This document shows, piece by piece, positions 40,436 through 50,497 of a DNA stretch of 64,000 bases (positions are counted from its first letter, which is position 1; every line of letters begins with the position of its first letter). The stretch is from Coriobacteriaceae bacterium (GTDB lineage: Bacteria > Actinomycetota > Coriobacteriia > Coriobacteriales > Coriobacteriaceae), in contig CAJJSS010000006.1 of NCBI GenBank assembly GCA_905194545.1, positions 5,092-69,091 on the forward strand. Reading direction: 5' to 3'. A model generated the notes under the pieces. It was given only the letters and a program-made list of their open reading frames with translations. It was not told the DNA's origin and ran no database searches. Both the position numbers and the translations under genes were made by a program.

Positions 40436-42352
40436 CTAGACGCGCTCCTCGATAGCACCGTTTCTATATGCATCGAGCAGCTGGCGCAGATCCTGGATCT
40501 GGCTGCGAATCTTGGCGCCAGTATCGGTGTCGCTCACCATGCGGCGACGGTCTGCTTGGTCAAAACGGTTGGTCTCGCTTTCGATGTCCACGTTGCGCGT
40601 GAGTGCCTCGGCAACCGTCGTAAAGGCCCGGTGCGACTTGAGGCGGCAGCCGCGCGAGCTCGAGATGAGCGTATAGCCGGCGATACCCGTCTTGGGATGG
40701 TAAGCGCGGCAGAAGCCGCCATCGATGACCAGCAGTTTGCCCTCGGCGCGGATGGGCTGCTCACCCTTGGTGGTTTTAACGGGCGTGTGGCCGTTGATGA
40801 TGTGGCCGGTCGGTGAACATGCCATGGGCACGACGCCAAACTCGCGCATGATGTCATCGCAGACCGAGGGCGACTTGGTAAGCGTAAAGTACGGGTCCAT
40901 CGGCTCGACCCAGGTGCTCTTATCGGCGATATAGGCGCGCTCAAAGGTACGCACCAGGCGTCCGCTGGCGGGTGAGTTAAAGCCAATCCACAGGTACCAC
41001 ATCCAGTCGAGGGCGTCGCGGTCGCCCACGCGCCAGGCGCGGCGGGCGATGTGGTCGCAAAAATCGAGATAATCGCGGCCAGCGTGCCAGGTGCCCAGAC
41101 AGTTCATGCTGCTAAAGGTGCCGTCTTCGTTGAGCGGCACGCAGCCATGGAACAGCAGGTTGCCGTTGGCGACCTTGTACATCGAGCCGTGGGAATAGAG
41201 GAAATCGATATGGCGATGCAGGTGATCGGCGGTGACAAACTCGGACACGAGCTTGTCGATGATGTGCTGCTCCTGGGGCGTGAGCGTATAGGGGTCCGCC
41301 GGGTCGACGGTGGGGAAGTCGTTGGTCGTGAGCGGCCACACACTGCCGTCGGCGAGCGTGACCGTGCCGGTGTCGTGATCGATTTTGTCGAGTAACAGGC
41401 GGTCGGTCATATCGAACTCGGGGTGGCGCTGGATAATCTGGCCCTCGAGCTTAAAGAGCAGCACGTTGATGGCCTTGATCAGCGGGGTGATGGGCTCACC
41501 GTCGGTGTAGGTGGCATCGGCAAAGGCGACAAGCTCACGCAGCGAGATGCCGTAGTCGTTCTCCAGGATCTCGTAGTTGTCGTAGCGTAGGTTGTTGCGC
41601 AGCACCGTGGCGATGCAGGCGGGCTCACCGGCCGCAGCGCCCATCCACAGCAGGTCGTGGTTGCCCCACTGGATGTCGAGCGAATGGTAGGTGAGCAGGC
41701 GGTCCATAATCTTGGCCGCGCCGCCACCGCGGTCGAAGATGTCGCCCACCAGGTGCAGGTGGTCGACGGCCAGGCGCTTGATGAGCGAGGCAAGCGACTC
41801 GATAAAGTCGTCGGCGCTTGCGGTCTCCAGGATGGACTCCACGATGCGCTCGTGATAGCGCACGCGATAGTTGTTCTCGTCCGGGTGCGTGTGCAGCAGC
41901 TCGTCGATGATATAGGCGTAATCGCGTGGGATGGCCTTACGCACCTTGGAGCGCGTATAACGGCTCGAAAGCGAGCGGGCAACCATAATGAGTTGGTCAA
42001 GCATCGTCTTGTACCAGGTGGGCGAGTCCTCGCGCTGGCTGCGGACCAGCTCGATCTTCTCGTGCGGGTAGTAGATGAGCGTGCACAGCTCGCCCTTTTC
42101 GTCAAAGGAAAGCGTGTCGCCAAAAATCTCGTCGACATGCTCGCGCACGACGCCCGAGCAGTTGTTGAGGATGTGCATAAAGGCTTCGTACTCGCCATGC
42201 ACGTCGCTCATAAAATGCTCGGTGCCTTTGGGCAGGTTGAGGATGGCCGAGAGATTGATGATCTCGGTAAACGCGGATTGCTCGGTGGGAAATTGTTTCG
42301 ACAGCAGGCGCAGATACTTGAAGTCTTGCGGATTGCGATCGAATGCGACCAT
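40436..42352 (-). CDS. fbp: Fructose-1,6-bisphosphatase class III
   Basis: EIINL.AIL.LPKGTEHF.SD.HGE, GDIFDRG, DIQWGNHD, INGHTPVK, VIDGGF. Confidence 0.95.
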   Translation of the reverse strand: MVAFDRNPQDFKYLRLLSKQFPTEQSAFTEIINLSAILNLPKGTEHFMSDVHGEYEAFMHILNNCSGVVREHVDEIFGDTLSFDEKGELCTLIYYPHEKIELVRSQREDSPTWYKTMLDQLIMVARSLSSRYTRSKVRKAIPRDYAYIIDELLHTHPDENNYRVRYHERIVESILETASADDFIESLASLIKRLAVDHLHLVGDIFDRGGGAAKIMDRLLTYHSLDIQWGNHDLLWMGAAAGEPACIATVLRNNLRYDNYEILENDYGISLRELVAFADATYTDGEPITPLIKAINVLLFKLEGQIIQRHPEFDMTDRLLLDKIDHDTGTVTLADGSVWPLTTNDFPTVDPADPYTLTPQEQHIIDKLVSEFVTADHLHRHIDFLYSHGSMYKVANGNLLFHGCVPLNEDGTFSSMNCLGTWHAGRDYLDFCDHIARRAWRVGDRDALDWMWYLWIGFNSPASGRLVRTFERAYIADKSTWVEPMDPYFTLTKSPSVCDDIMREFGVVPMACSPTGHIINGHTPVKTTKGEQPIRAEGKLLVIDGGFCRAYHPKTGIAGYTLISSSRGCRLKSHRAFTTVAEALTRNVDIESETNRFDQADRRRMVSDTDTGAKIRSQIQDLRQLLDAYRNGAIEERV

Positions 42353-42670
42353 GAAACACCTTCCGATGGGGTTGGTAAAACTGATAAACAGCGTCAAACG
42401 TTTATCAGTATGCGCCGCTTTTGTTTCGATTGGGGGTGGGAGGTCGAATTGTTGGCCGAACGGTTTGGTAAATCGATTTAGTTGAGGTAGATATGGCGGT
42501 TGGGTGGAGACGTAGGGTCGTTTTTACAGACGTATGCCTCCGGGATCGATAGAGATGATGACGGTAAAGATGTTCACCACCTTTGGCTCTATTTGGTAAA
42601 TAGTGGACATTTGTACCGTATTTATGCTTGCTGTGCGATAATTTTTATAACTATACGTAAGGAGCCTCAT

Positions 42671-43561
42671 ATGAGTGATTTTGTCCTGACCTGTGAATCC
42701 GCCGCCGATCGAACTCGGGAGTTCTTTGAATCGCGCAATATCCCTGTCGTGTGTTTTCATTACGAGATCGACGATGTTGTCTATGCGGACGATCTGTATC
42801 AGTCGATTACGCCGGACGAGTTTTTTGCCCAGATATCCGCGGGCGCCATGCCCAAGACGTCTCAGGTGAGCGTGGGTGAGTACGAGGAGTTTTGGGAGCC
42901 GCTTGTTGCCGAGGGCAAAGACGTGCTGCACCTGACGTTGTCGTCGGGTATTTCGGGCACGTATGGATCGGCCTGCGTTGCGGCGCAGATGCTCGCGGAT
43001 CGCTATCCCCAGGGCGGCAAGGTGCGCGTCGTCGATTCGCTGGCGGCGTCTTCGGGCTTTGGCCTGCTGGCGGAATGTGCCGCCGACGTGCGCGATAGCG
43101 GGGCTTCACTCGACGAGACGGCTGCCTGGATCGAGGAGCACAAGCTCAACCTGCACCACTGGTTCTTCTCGACCGATCTGTCGAGCTACCTGCGCGGCGG
43201 TCGCATTTCGGCTGCGAGCGCGATCATCGGCACGGCGCTTAAGATTTGCCCGCTTATGACGGTCGATTGCGAAGGTGGGCTGTCGCCACGTGAGAAGATT
43301 CGCACTAAGAAGCGCGCGATTTCCGAGATGGCTCAGACCATGATGGCACACGTGCAGGACGGTGCGGATTATTCGGGTAAGTGCATCATGTCGCACTCGG
43401 CGTGCCGCGAGGATGCCGAGGCAGTTGCGGCGCTGATTGAGAAACAGGTTCCGCAGCTTAAAGGCAAGATTGAGATCAATAACATCGGTACTCTGATTGG
43501 CTCGCATACCGGACCTGGTACGGTGGCGCTCTTCTTTATGGGCGACAAGCGCGTGGATTAA
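42671..43561 (+). CDS. DegV-family fatty-acid-binding protein
   Basis: PKTSQ, LSSGISGTY, YLRGGRI, SHTGPG. Confidence 0.92.
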   Translation: MSDFVLTCESAADRTREFFESRNIPVVCFHYEIDDVVYADDLYQSITPDEFFAQISAGAMPKTSQVSVGEYEEFWEPLVAEGKDVLHLTLSSGISGTYGSACVAAQMLADRYPQGGKVRVVDSLAASSGFGLLAECAADVRDSGASLDETAAWIEEHKLNLHHWFFSTDLSSYLRGGRISAASAIIGTALKICPLMTVDCEGGLSPREKIRTKKRAISEMAQTMMAHVQDGADYSGKCIMSHSACREDAEAVAALIEKQVPQLKGKIEINNIGTLIGSHTGPGTVALFFMGDKRVD

Positions 43562-43602
43562 TTTGCCCCATCACATCGCTGCATGATTGCTCAAACGAAA
43601 AC

Positions 43603-43630
43603 GGCCCGCCTCACGTTTGTGGGGCGGGCC
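43603..43630. terminator. Hairpin between convergent genes (bidirectional terminator)
   Basis: GGCCCGCCTCAC/GTGGGGCGGGCC. Confidence 0.7.
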
Positions 43631-43641
43631 AAGATGTTTTG

Positions 43642-44733
43642 CTAGCGTTTCTTTCCTCGGAAGAAAAAGCCGTGCAGTGAGGGCTTGAGCCCGCGGTTGG
43701 CGCGACGCTCCTCGACGCGCTCGTGGATCGAAGCGACGCGCTCGATGACCTCGTCGGGAATCGGCACGTCGGGATTCATGTTCTCGACCTGGCTGACTTC
43801 GGCGGCGGCGACCTGGTCGATAATGGGCACATCGTCGCGCGAGATAACGGGCGTGGCGTCTTCCTTCATCTTGCGATAACGCTGCATCATGTCGGTCTGT
43901 AGCTGCTGTGCCGAAGGCGGCGTCCAGATGATGGCGTTGGCGCCGGCGGCGATGGTCTCGCGGATGCTCTCGGGCGTCTTGCCGCCCGGCGCGATGAGCG
44001 GCAGGTTGGGATAGTGCTCGCGCAGTTCACGCAGGACCTGCGGCGTGTTTTTGCCGGCGGCGATGTTAAGAATCTTGGCGCCGGCGCGCACCTTTGCGTG
44101 AGCATCGTCGTCGCAACGTACGACCGTGGCGATGACGGGGATGTCGGCGATGTTGGTGATGTGCTCGACCATCTCGGCAGTAGCGGGGGAGTTGACCACA
44201 CAGCCCGCCGCGCCCTGCATCTCGGAGACGGCTGCCATCTGAACGGAGCGCTTACCGGTCGTAGTTCCGCCGCCCACGCCTACAAAGACCGGGCACTCGG
44301 CGACGGTCAACAGTGCCTGCGTAATGGCCGGCTGCGGCGTGAAGGGGTAAACGGCAAAGACGGCATCGGCATTGGAGTTGCGGATGACCGCGACGTCGGT
44401 GGTGTAGATGAGCGATTTGATACGACGGCCGAAGAGCGTGAAGCCGCTGGCCTCCTCAATCTCGTCAGGCATGCGAAGGGCCGCCTTGCGCAGGCGCCCG
44501 TCGATGGGCAGCGGCTCCATGGGAAGCAGTCCGTTGGGGGTCACGGCTACCTGGGGTTCGGTGAACTCGTCTGCGAGCTCGACCTCGGAGAAATCGACCG
44601 AGGCGACAATGTCCTCGTGAACCTCGGCGGGCACATCGATGGGGGCTTGGTCGTTTGCCGCGGCAGGCGTGTCGAAGGAGCTGGTGCCGACGAAGGCGTC
44701 GACGCGCTCATTTAGATCGTTGAGGGTATCCAT
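43642..44733 (-). CDS. Conserved TIM-barrel-like protein of unknown function
   Basis: IKSLIYTTDVA.I.N.NADAV.AVYPFTPQ, GVGGGTT.G; acidic N- and C-terminal extensions. Confidence 0.8.
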   Translation of the reverse strand: MDTLNDLNERVDAFVGTSSFDTPAAANDQAPIDVPAEVHEDIVASVDFSEVELADEFTEPQVAVTPNGLLPMEPLPIDGRLRKAALRMPDEIEEASGFTLFGRRIKSLIYTTDVAVIRNSNADAVFAVYPFTPQPAITQALLTVAECPVFVGVGGGTTTGKRSVQMAAVSEMQGAAGCVVNSPATAEMVEHITNIADIPVIATVVRCDDDAHAKVRAGAKILNIAAGKNTPQVLRELREHYPNLPLIAPGGKTPESIRETIAAGANAIIWTPPSAQQLQTDMMQRYRKMKEDATPVISRDDVPIIDQVAAAEVSQVENMNPDVPIPDEVIERVASIHERVEERRANRGLKPSLHGFFFRGKKR

Positions 44734-44923
44734 GGAGGCTCGATTCTATGTGATGACGGCCGGCAGGGTGCCGGCAGCGTTGTGCTTGCTAAATCGTTTG
44801 ACGAGTTGATTTTTCCCCGCCGCGTCCTCCGTTAGACCGAAGGGCGGCGAACGTGAAGGAGCTGTGGTGGCGGGGATCGAGGTGCTATCTTGAAAGTCCC
44901 GTTTAAAAGAGAGGTGACGCGGT

Positions 44924-45094
44924 ATGGAATTTTCGGCAATGTTGGGCTCGATTGGCCTATGCGTGGGCGCAATCGTTGCCGCCGCGGTCATCTACTTTGT
45001 GGTCACGGCCATTAAGGGCAAAAGGGCCGAACGCAAGGAGCGCGCGATGCTTAAACAGCATCGCGACCAGCAGGACAAACGCGCACGGAGATAG
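44924..45094 (+). CDS. 56-aa single-TM small protein (below the ORF-track cut-off)
   Basis: GAGGTG RBS; MEFSAMLGSIGLCVGAIVAAAVIYFVVTAIKGKRAERKERAMLKQHRDQQDKRARR. Confidence 0.75.
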   Translation: MEFSAMLGSIGLCVGAIVAAAVIYFVVTAIKGKRAERKERAMLKQHRDQQDKRARR

Positions 45095-45118
45095 CTTGTT
45101 GAGTTTTGGATCCGTACG

Positions 45119-46222
45119 CTAGCTGCGTTTTCGGATCAGGGCAATGTAGAAGCCCTCAAATTCGCGGCTGGGCGGAATGGTGAGCGTGCCGGGCAGGCCG
45201 TTGGCGATGGCCGATACCTGACCCGCGGCAATGGCCTCGGTCAGGGCGTTGGACTCGATGCGCGGCTTCTCGCCAGCTTCCTGGGCGCGGCGTGCCTCAC
45301 TTTCGCTTGGCGTGCCGTCGAGGGGGATGAGCTCGCAGTCCATATGCTTGTCGAGGGCCTCTTGCAGGGCGTCCTCGTTTTCCTGCGGCAAGATCGAACA
45401 AGTCGAATAGACGAGCGTGCCGCCCGGTTTGAGGGCTCCCATGGCGCGGTCCAGAAGTGCTCGCTGCGAGCGGGCGCACTTGCTCAGCAACTGCTCGGTG
45501 AGGCCGCGCAGGCTCTTCTCGTTGCCGCTGACGACGGTGCCCGTGCCGGTGCAGGGAGCGTCGAGCAGGATACGGTCAAAGCGGAAGAACTCGTCGAGCT
45601 CGCGTGCGTCGATGCGCATGACGGGCACGTTTTTTGCGCCTTGGCGGTGGAGGTTGGCTTCGAGCTTCTCGGCGCGGGGAATGCTCATCTCGCAGGCGGT
45701 AAGGTGCGCCTGCCCCTGCGTGAGGGCGGCGATCTGCGTCGTCTTGCCGCCGGGGGCCGCGCACATGTCCAGGATGTCCTCGCCTGCCTGTGCGCCCAGG
45801 ACCAGCGGCGGCATCATGGACGACAGACTTTGCAAGTAGATCTTGCCGTCGCGGTAGATGTCGAGGTCCCACAGGTCGGAAACCTGGGCCTCGGGCAGGA
45901 TGAAAGCGTCCGGGTACCAGGCGACGGTTTGGTGGGCGATGCCGGCTGCGTCGAGCGCGGCGGCGATGTCCTCGGCGGTCGCCTTGAGCGTGTTGGCGCG
46001 CAGCGTGACCGGGCGTGTGACCGCGGCGCCGAAGCCCTTGATCATGAGCTCGGCATCGGCGGGCGCATAGGCGCCGGCGACCGTGTCGACCATAAAGCGC
46101 GGCAGATCGGCGGCGGAGTGTTGGGCGGCAAGCTGGTCGGAAAGCTCGGTGGCGGCAAACTGCCTGAGCTTGAGCTCGGCCTTGACCTGCTTTTTCTGCT
46201 TACGACGACGCGGCTTGGACAT
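45119..46222 (-). CDS. RsmB/NOP/RsmF-family RNA m5C methyltransferase
   Basis: LDMCAAPGGKT, ILLDAPCTG, LVYSTCS..ENE. Confidence 0.92.
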   Translation of the reverse strand: MSKPRRRKQKKQVKAELKLRQFAATELSDQLAAQHSAADLPRFMVDTVAGAYAPADAELMIKGFGAAVTRPVTLRANTLKATAEDIAAALDAAGIAHQTVAWYPDAFILPEAQVSDLWDLDIYRDGKIYLQSLSSMMPPLVLGAQAGEDILDMCAAPGGKTTQIAALTQGQAHLTACEMSIPRAEKLEANLHRQGAKNVPVMRIDARELDEFFRFDRILLDAPCTGTGTVVSGNEKSLRGLTEQLLSKCARSQRALLDRAMGALKPGGTLVYSTCSILPQENEDALQEALDKHMDCELIPLDGTPSESEARRAQEAGEKPRIESNALTEAIAAGQVSAIANGLPGTLTIPPSREFEGFYIALIRKRS

Positions 46223-46281
46223 CCGTCTTTCCTTCCCATCCCAAATTGACTACTTTCCGGGCACGCCGCTGCTGGCGTGCC

Positions 46282-48432
46282 TTAGTACTGGCTCTCGTGC
46301 TTGCTGAAGAAGTCGAAGCGCGGGGGCAGCGGCTTTACGCGGTGCTCGCCGGGCTTCTCGCCCAGGCTCTCCACAAACTCATCCGTGGAGGCGAAGATGT
46401 TATCCCAGCTAAAGAAGGCGACCGGGTCGATGTCGAAGTACTCGCAGATGAGCTCGCAGCCGGCAGGGACGATGCCGTGCATGAGCACGGTCGCCACGCG
46501 CAGCTCGGTAAAGGCGTCGACGAGGGCCTGCGTCATCGCGGCGTTTGCTGGCTTGCCTTCGAGCTTGTTGGCGGCCTTGGAAGCGTCGCTCCAGCGCTTG
46601 TTGGCGGCGCGCAGGTAGTCGTCGCACACGGCAAGCGCGCGGTGCGTCTCGAACTTGTACATAGCCTGCTCAAAGGCGAGAGCTGCCTGCTCGGCGGCTT
46701 CGACCACGGCGGCAGAGGCCGCACCGGCGGGGATGCAGCCGTTGCGATAGGGGCTCTCGTCGCCTTCCTTGACGGCGACGCCGTAGAAGCAGCTGCGGGC
46801 CAGACGGTTGAACACGCCGGTCAAAAGGGCGCTCTCCTTAAGGGCCGGATCGATGACGCGCTTGTCGTCGCAGGCGCGCACCTCGTTGCCGTCCTTGTCC
46901 TTGCCGGTCACGCGGGTGTCGTATGCCTTGGGGCTAAAGCTCACCGGCTTTTCGGACAGGCCGAGCGACAGCCAGTGCGCGCGCATCTGCTCGCAGGTGT
47001 AGTGGTTGAGCAGGTCGTCTGCCGGCGGGGGAGGCGTCTGCGAGGACGAGCTGGCCTTTTTGCCCATGTAGAGCAGGTGGTAGCAGGCGCTGACGGTGCT
47101 CTGCGTGAGGTCCCAGCCCAGGGCCTCCCACATGGCGGTCTGCGCGATGCAGTAGAAGTAGATGTTGTCCTGACCGATAAACTGGTAGATCTGTGCGTCG
47201 TCTGAGCACCACCAGTCGCGCCAGTCGAGCGAGCTGTGCTGGTAGGTGGGCGCGGGCACCTGCGTGGAGTCGGCAGCGGGCTCGCCCATAAGGGCGGCAT
47301 CCTGGGCGGCGACGCCCTCGGTCACGCCGGCGGCCTTAGCATCGCGCGCGAGCACGGTACGCGTATAGCTGATGGGCGCCCATAGGCTCTCGGGCCAGCA
47401 CCAGCAGGTGACGTCGGAGACGCCGTCGACCTCGGGTACCGGAACGCCCCAGTCGATGTTGCCGGTGATGCGGAAGGGCACGAGCGCTTTGCCGCTGCGG
47501 AAGCGCACGCCGCCGTTGGCGAGCACCGCGTGGGCGTCGTCGCGCTCCTTCCAGCTGGGGAAGGTGACGGTAAAGCTGCTCTTGTTGCCCTCGGGTTCCA
47601 GCACGGTGTGCTCGGGGAGCTGGTCCTCGACGGCATCGAAGGCCTCGCGGAACTTGTTCTGGATGTAGAGCTGAGCCGGCAGCAGCCACTCCTCCATGGT
47701 CTTGGAGACCACGGAGCGAACCTGCGGGTTCTGGGCGAGCTTGGCGGTATAGGTCTTCATAAAGTCGAGGTAGGCCGGCAGATCAAAGTAGAGATTGTCG
47801 ACCGGGCGCAGCTCGGGCACCTCGCCGGTGAGCTGGCTCTTGGGCGCGATGAGCTCCTCGGGCTCAAACTGGTGACCCAGGTCGCACTCGTCGGCGTACG
47901 CCTTCTCGGACTTGCAGCCCTGGATGGGGCAGCGGCCGATCACCTGACGGCCGTTGAGGAACGTGCCGGCCTTGGCGTCGTAGAACTGCAGCGTGGAGCG
48001 CTTGGAGATGGTGCCCTGCTCGTGCAGGCGCTTGATAATCTCGGCGGTCACCTCGTTGTGAATCTGCGCAGCCGGCTCAAGGCCCGAGCCGCCGTAGATG
48101 TCGCAGCTGATGCTGTAGTTGTTGAGGGTCGCGGCCTGGCGGGAGTGATTGGACTCGACATACTCGCCGATGGACTTGTCGTAGCCCTCGTTCTCCTTGA
48201 GCTTGCGGTAGCTCTCCATGATGGGCGAACCGTAGCAGTCGGTGCCCGAGGTGAAGATGACGTTTTCGCGGCCCAGGCGGTCGCGCAGGAAGCGGGCGAA
48301 GAAGTCGGCCGGGACAAAGACGCCGCCGACGTGGCCAAAGTGCAGACCCTTGTTGCCGTAGGGCTCGCCGGCGGTAACGATGGCGCGGCGCGGCCAGCTG
48401 GGACGGTCGTTCATGGAGTATTTGGATGCCAT
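46282..48432 (-). CDS. metG: Methionyl-tRNA synthetase (class I)
   Basis: PYGN..LHFGH (HIGH), SGTDCYG, Zn-knuckle-like CP..C..EC..GH, DWGVPVP, GQDNIYF, KASSS (KMSKS). Confidence 0.85.
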   Translation of the reverse strand: MASKYSMNDRPSWPRRAIVTAGEPYGNKGLHFGHVGGVFVPADFFARFLRDRLGRENVIFTSGTDCYGSPIMESYRKLKENEGYDKSIGEYVESNHSRQAATLNNYSISCDIYGGSGLEPAAQIHNEVTAEIIKRLHEQGTISKRSTLQFYDAKAGTFLNGRQVIGRCPIQGCKSEKAYADECDLGHQFEPEELIAPKSQLTGEVPELRPVDNLYFDLPAYLDFMKTYTAKLAQNPQVRSVVSKTMEEWLLPAQLYIQNKFREAFDAVEDQLPEHTVLEPEGNKSSFTVTFPSWKERDDAHAVLANGGVRFRSGKALVPFRITGNIDWGVPVPEVDGVSDVTCWCWPESLWAPISYTRTVLARDAKAAGVTEGVAAQDAALMGEPAADSTQVPAPTYQHSSLDWRDWWCSDDAQIYQFIGQDNIYFYCIAQTAMWEALGWDLTQSTVSACYHLLYMGKKASSSSQTPPPPADDLLNHYTCEQMRAHWLSLGLSEKPVSFSPKAYDTRVTGKDKDGNEVRACDDKRVIDPALKESALLTGVFNRLARSCFYGVAVKEGDESPYRNGCIPAGAASAAVVEAAEQAALAFEQAMYKFETHRALAVCDDYLRAANKRWSDASKAANKLEGKPANAAMTQALVDAFTELRVATVLMHGIVPAGCELICEYFDIDPVAFFSWDNIFASTDEFVESLGEKPGEHRVKPLPPRFDFFSKHESQY

Positions 48433-48565
48433 GGGACTCCTTCGCATATAGGTAAGAGCGCGGCCGGGCACGGGGTTCGGCGGCGCGGTGGTCAATTCGT
48501 GCATATCGTTCGACATTATCGCACATGCGGGCGGGTGCGTGGCAGGGGCGCTATCCTAAGATGCT

Positions 48566-49135
48566 ATGAATGAGATTTCCAACATACATGCGTTTGAGGA
48601 CGAGGATTTTCTACACGCTTGCTTCGTGTGGGGGATGGCCGTGATCGCGGTGTTTGCCGTGTGCCTGGTGCCGGTGTTTATGCTGTTGGGCGGGCCTGCG
48701 GACTTGGACGCGGCTGAGGCGGGCGGCTGGATGGCTGTCGTGGGCTGGATAGTCGGCTTGGCTGCGGTCTCAATGGCATCGTTTGCCGTGCACGAGCTGG
48801 TGCATGCGGTGTTTTTTAAGCTGCTGGCGCCTGCGGGCGCGCAGGTGACCTTTGGGGCGAATCGCGAGACGGCGATGATCTATGCCTGCGCCGAGGGCGT
48901 TGTGTATTCGCGCCGGCGGTACATGGCGGTTTGCCTGGCGCCGACGGTTGTTGTGACGACAGCATTTGCCCTGGGGTTTGCGTTCTCGGACTATCCGCTG
49001 CTGTGCTACCTGGCGGCTGGTCTGCACTTGTCGGGCTGTGTGGGTGATTGGTATTACGTGCGGACCATTCTGCGCGACCGCCGTATCGTCGCCTGCGAGG
49101 ATACGTCCTTTGGCGTGCGCTTTTTCGCAAAGTAG
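48566..49135 (+). CDS. DUF3267-like membrane zincin metalloprotease
   Basis: HELVH motif, LAP, GCVGD; TM helices. Confidence 0.8.
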   Translation: MNEISNIHAFEDEDFLHACFVWGMAVIAVFAVCLVPVFMLLGGPADLDAAEAGGWMAVVGWIVGLAAVSMASFAVHELVHAVFFKLLAPAGAQVTFGANRETAMIYACAEGVVYSRRRYMAVCLAPTVVVTTAFALGFAFSDYPLLCYLAAGLHLSGCVGDWYYVRTILRDRRIVACEDTSFGVRFFAK

Positions 49136-49196
49136 TCTTTTTGGGGCGGGGCTATTTTAGCTGCCATGATGTCGGGGTGAGTTTTCTGGGACGGGG

Positions 49197-49778
49197 ATGT
49201 CGATGAAGTCGTTGTTGCTGCATGCGTGCTGTGCACCATGCTCGCTTGAGCCGGTTCGCCTGCTGCGCGAGGAGGGGTTTGAGCCCACGATTTGCTGGAC
49301 CAATCCCAATATTCAACCGCGCGATGAATGGCGGCGGCGTCTGGACGAGCTGCGCCGGTGGTGTGCCGATGGCGACATCGAGCTCATCGAGGCGGGGGAG
49401 GACCGCGAGCGCTGGGAGGCCGGCGTGGCCCCGCTGGGTGCCGATCGGCCCCGTCGCTGTCGCTCGTGCTATGCCCTGCGCTTGGCCGAGGCGTGCCGCG
49501 TGGCCCAGGAGCGCGGGTTTGAGTTTGTGGGCACGACGCTCGCCGTCTCGCCGTATCAGCTGTTCGATACCTGCAATGATGTTTTGGAGCGTCTGGCTGC
49601 CGCCCGCGGTCTCACCCCGGTGATTCGCGATTTTCGCCCGTATTATCCCGAGGCTACGCGCCGTTCGCGTGAGCTGGGCATGTATCGGCAGAATTACTGC
49701 GGCTGCCGTTTCTCGGCGGTCGAGGCGGCCATGGATCGCGCCCGCATCCGCGACGAGCGCAAAGCCGCCAAAAAGTAG
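49197..49778 (+). CDS. queH: Epoxyqueuosine reductase QueH
   Basis: LLHACCAPCS, NPNI.P, RC..CY..RL, YRQNYCGC.FS. Confidence 0.92.
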   Translation: MSMKSLLLHACCAPCSLEPVRLLREEGFEPTICWTNPNIQPRDEWRRRLDELRRWCADGDIELIEAGEDRERWEAGVAPLGADRPRRCRSCYALRLAEACRVAQERGFEFVGTTLAVSPYQLFDTCNDVLERLAAARGLTPVIRDFRPYYPEATRRSRELGMYRQNYCGCRFSAVEAAMDRARIRDERKAAKK

Positions 49779-49838
49779 TTCATTTGGGCTGGGACTTTGA
49801 GCTGTCTGCGCGGTACGGTCGTTTTTGGGAAAGTCGAT

Positions 49839-50495
49839 TTAATTAAGCGTGTGATCGTGGCTCGCTTGATACCAAACGACGACTCCTATGATTCTAATCC
49901 TCCGTTTGTTAAACATCAGATCCGGACTTGCTGTTGCATATGAATGGGACGACAGCACAATCATGTCGTTTCCTTCTGCAAATCGCCTAATTACCGGTGT
50001 TTTGCCGTCTGTGAGCGCCAATACAGCACAGCCGTTCCAAGGCTTTGCGGTGGTATCGACAAGTAGTAAGCTGCCGGGAGGGTAAATGCGGGACATTTCG
50101 TCGCCTTTGATTTTAACGAAAACGCTATGTGGGTGACGTTTGGCTACGTCTACAGGCGCGCAAGCATTTTGTTGGCCGTGCGTGATGCGGCGCTTTTGCG
50201 ATTCGATATCGATGACGGGAAATGTGCCCTCCATTTCGTGGATAGCAGGGTCTTCGTCGGTGACGATTCTTTTATTTGCGAGCTTTACAGCCAAACCGTT
50301 TTCCTCGCCAACAAGTTCATCGCGGGTGCAACCGAAGAGCGCTTGTAACTTTTCAATATAGCGCTCACGGGGGGCATACCGACTTTTTTCCCAACGACAA
50401 ACGGTCTCTTTAGATACCCCCAACATCTCTGCAAGTTGCGCCTGACCAAGATGCTCCATGGTGCGGAGTTTACGAATATTTGCCCCGAAGCCCAT
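49839..50495 (-). CDS. XRE-HTH + degenerate S24 (CI/LexA-like) transcriptional regulator
   Basis: HTH 'QAQLAEMLGVSKETVCRWE'; S24 scaffold with GDEM (not GDSM) and VIRR (not xKR); ends IIGVVVW. Confidence 0.85.
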   Translation of the reverse strand: MGFGANIRKLRTMEHLGQAQLAEMLGVSKETVCRWEKSRYAPRERYIEKLQALFGCTRDELVGEENGLAVKLANKRIVTDEDPAIHEMEGTFPVIDIESQKRRITHGQQNACAPVDVAKRHPHSVFVKIKGDEMSRIYPPGSLLLVDTTAKPWNGCAVLALTDGKTPVIRRFAEGNDMIVLSSHSYATASPDLMFNKRRIRIIGVVVWYQASHDHTLN

Positions 50496-50497
50496 GG

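Noticed and set aside
49839..50495. CI-like gene as a prophage remnant or true LexA
   Set aside because: No phage genes nearby, XRE rather than LexA winged-helix N-terminus, and no catalytic dyad
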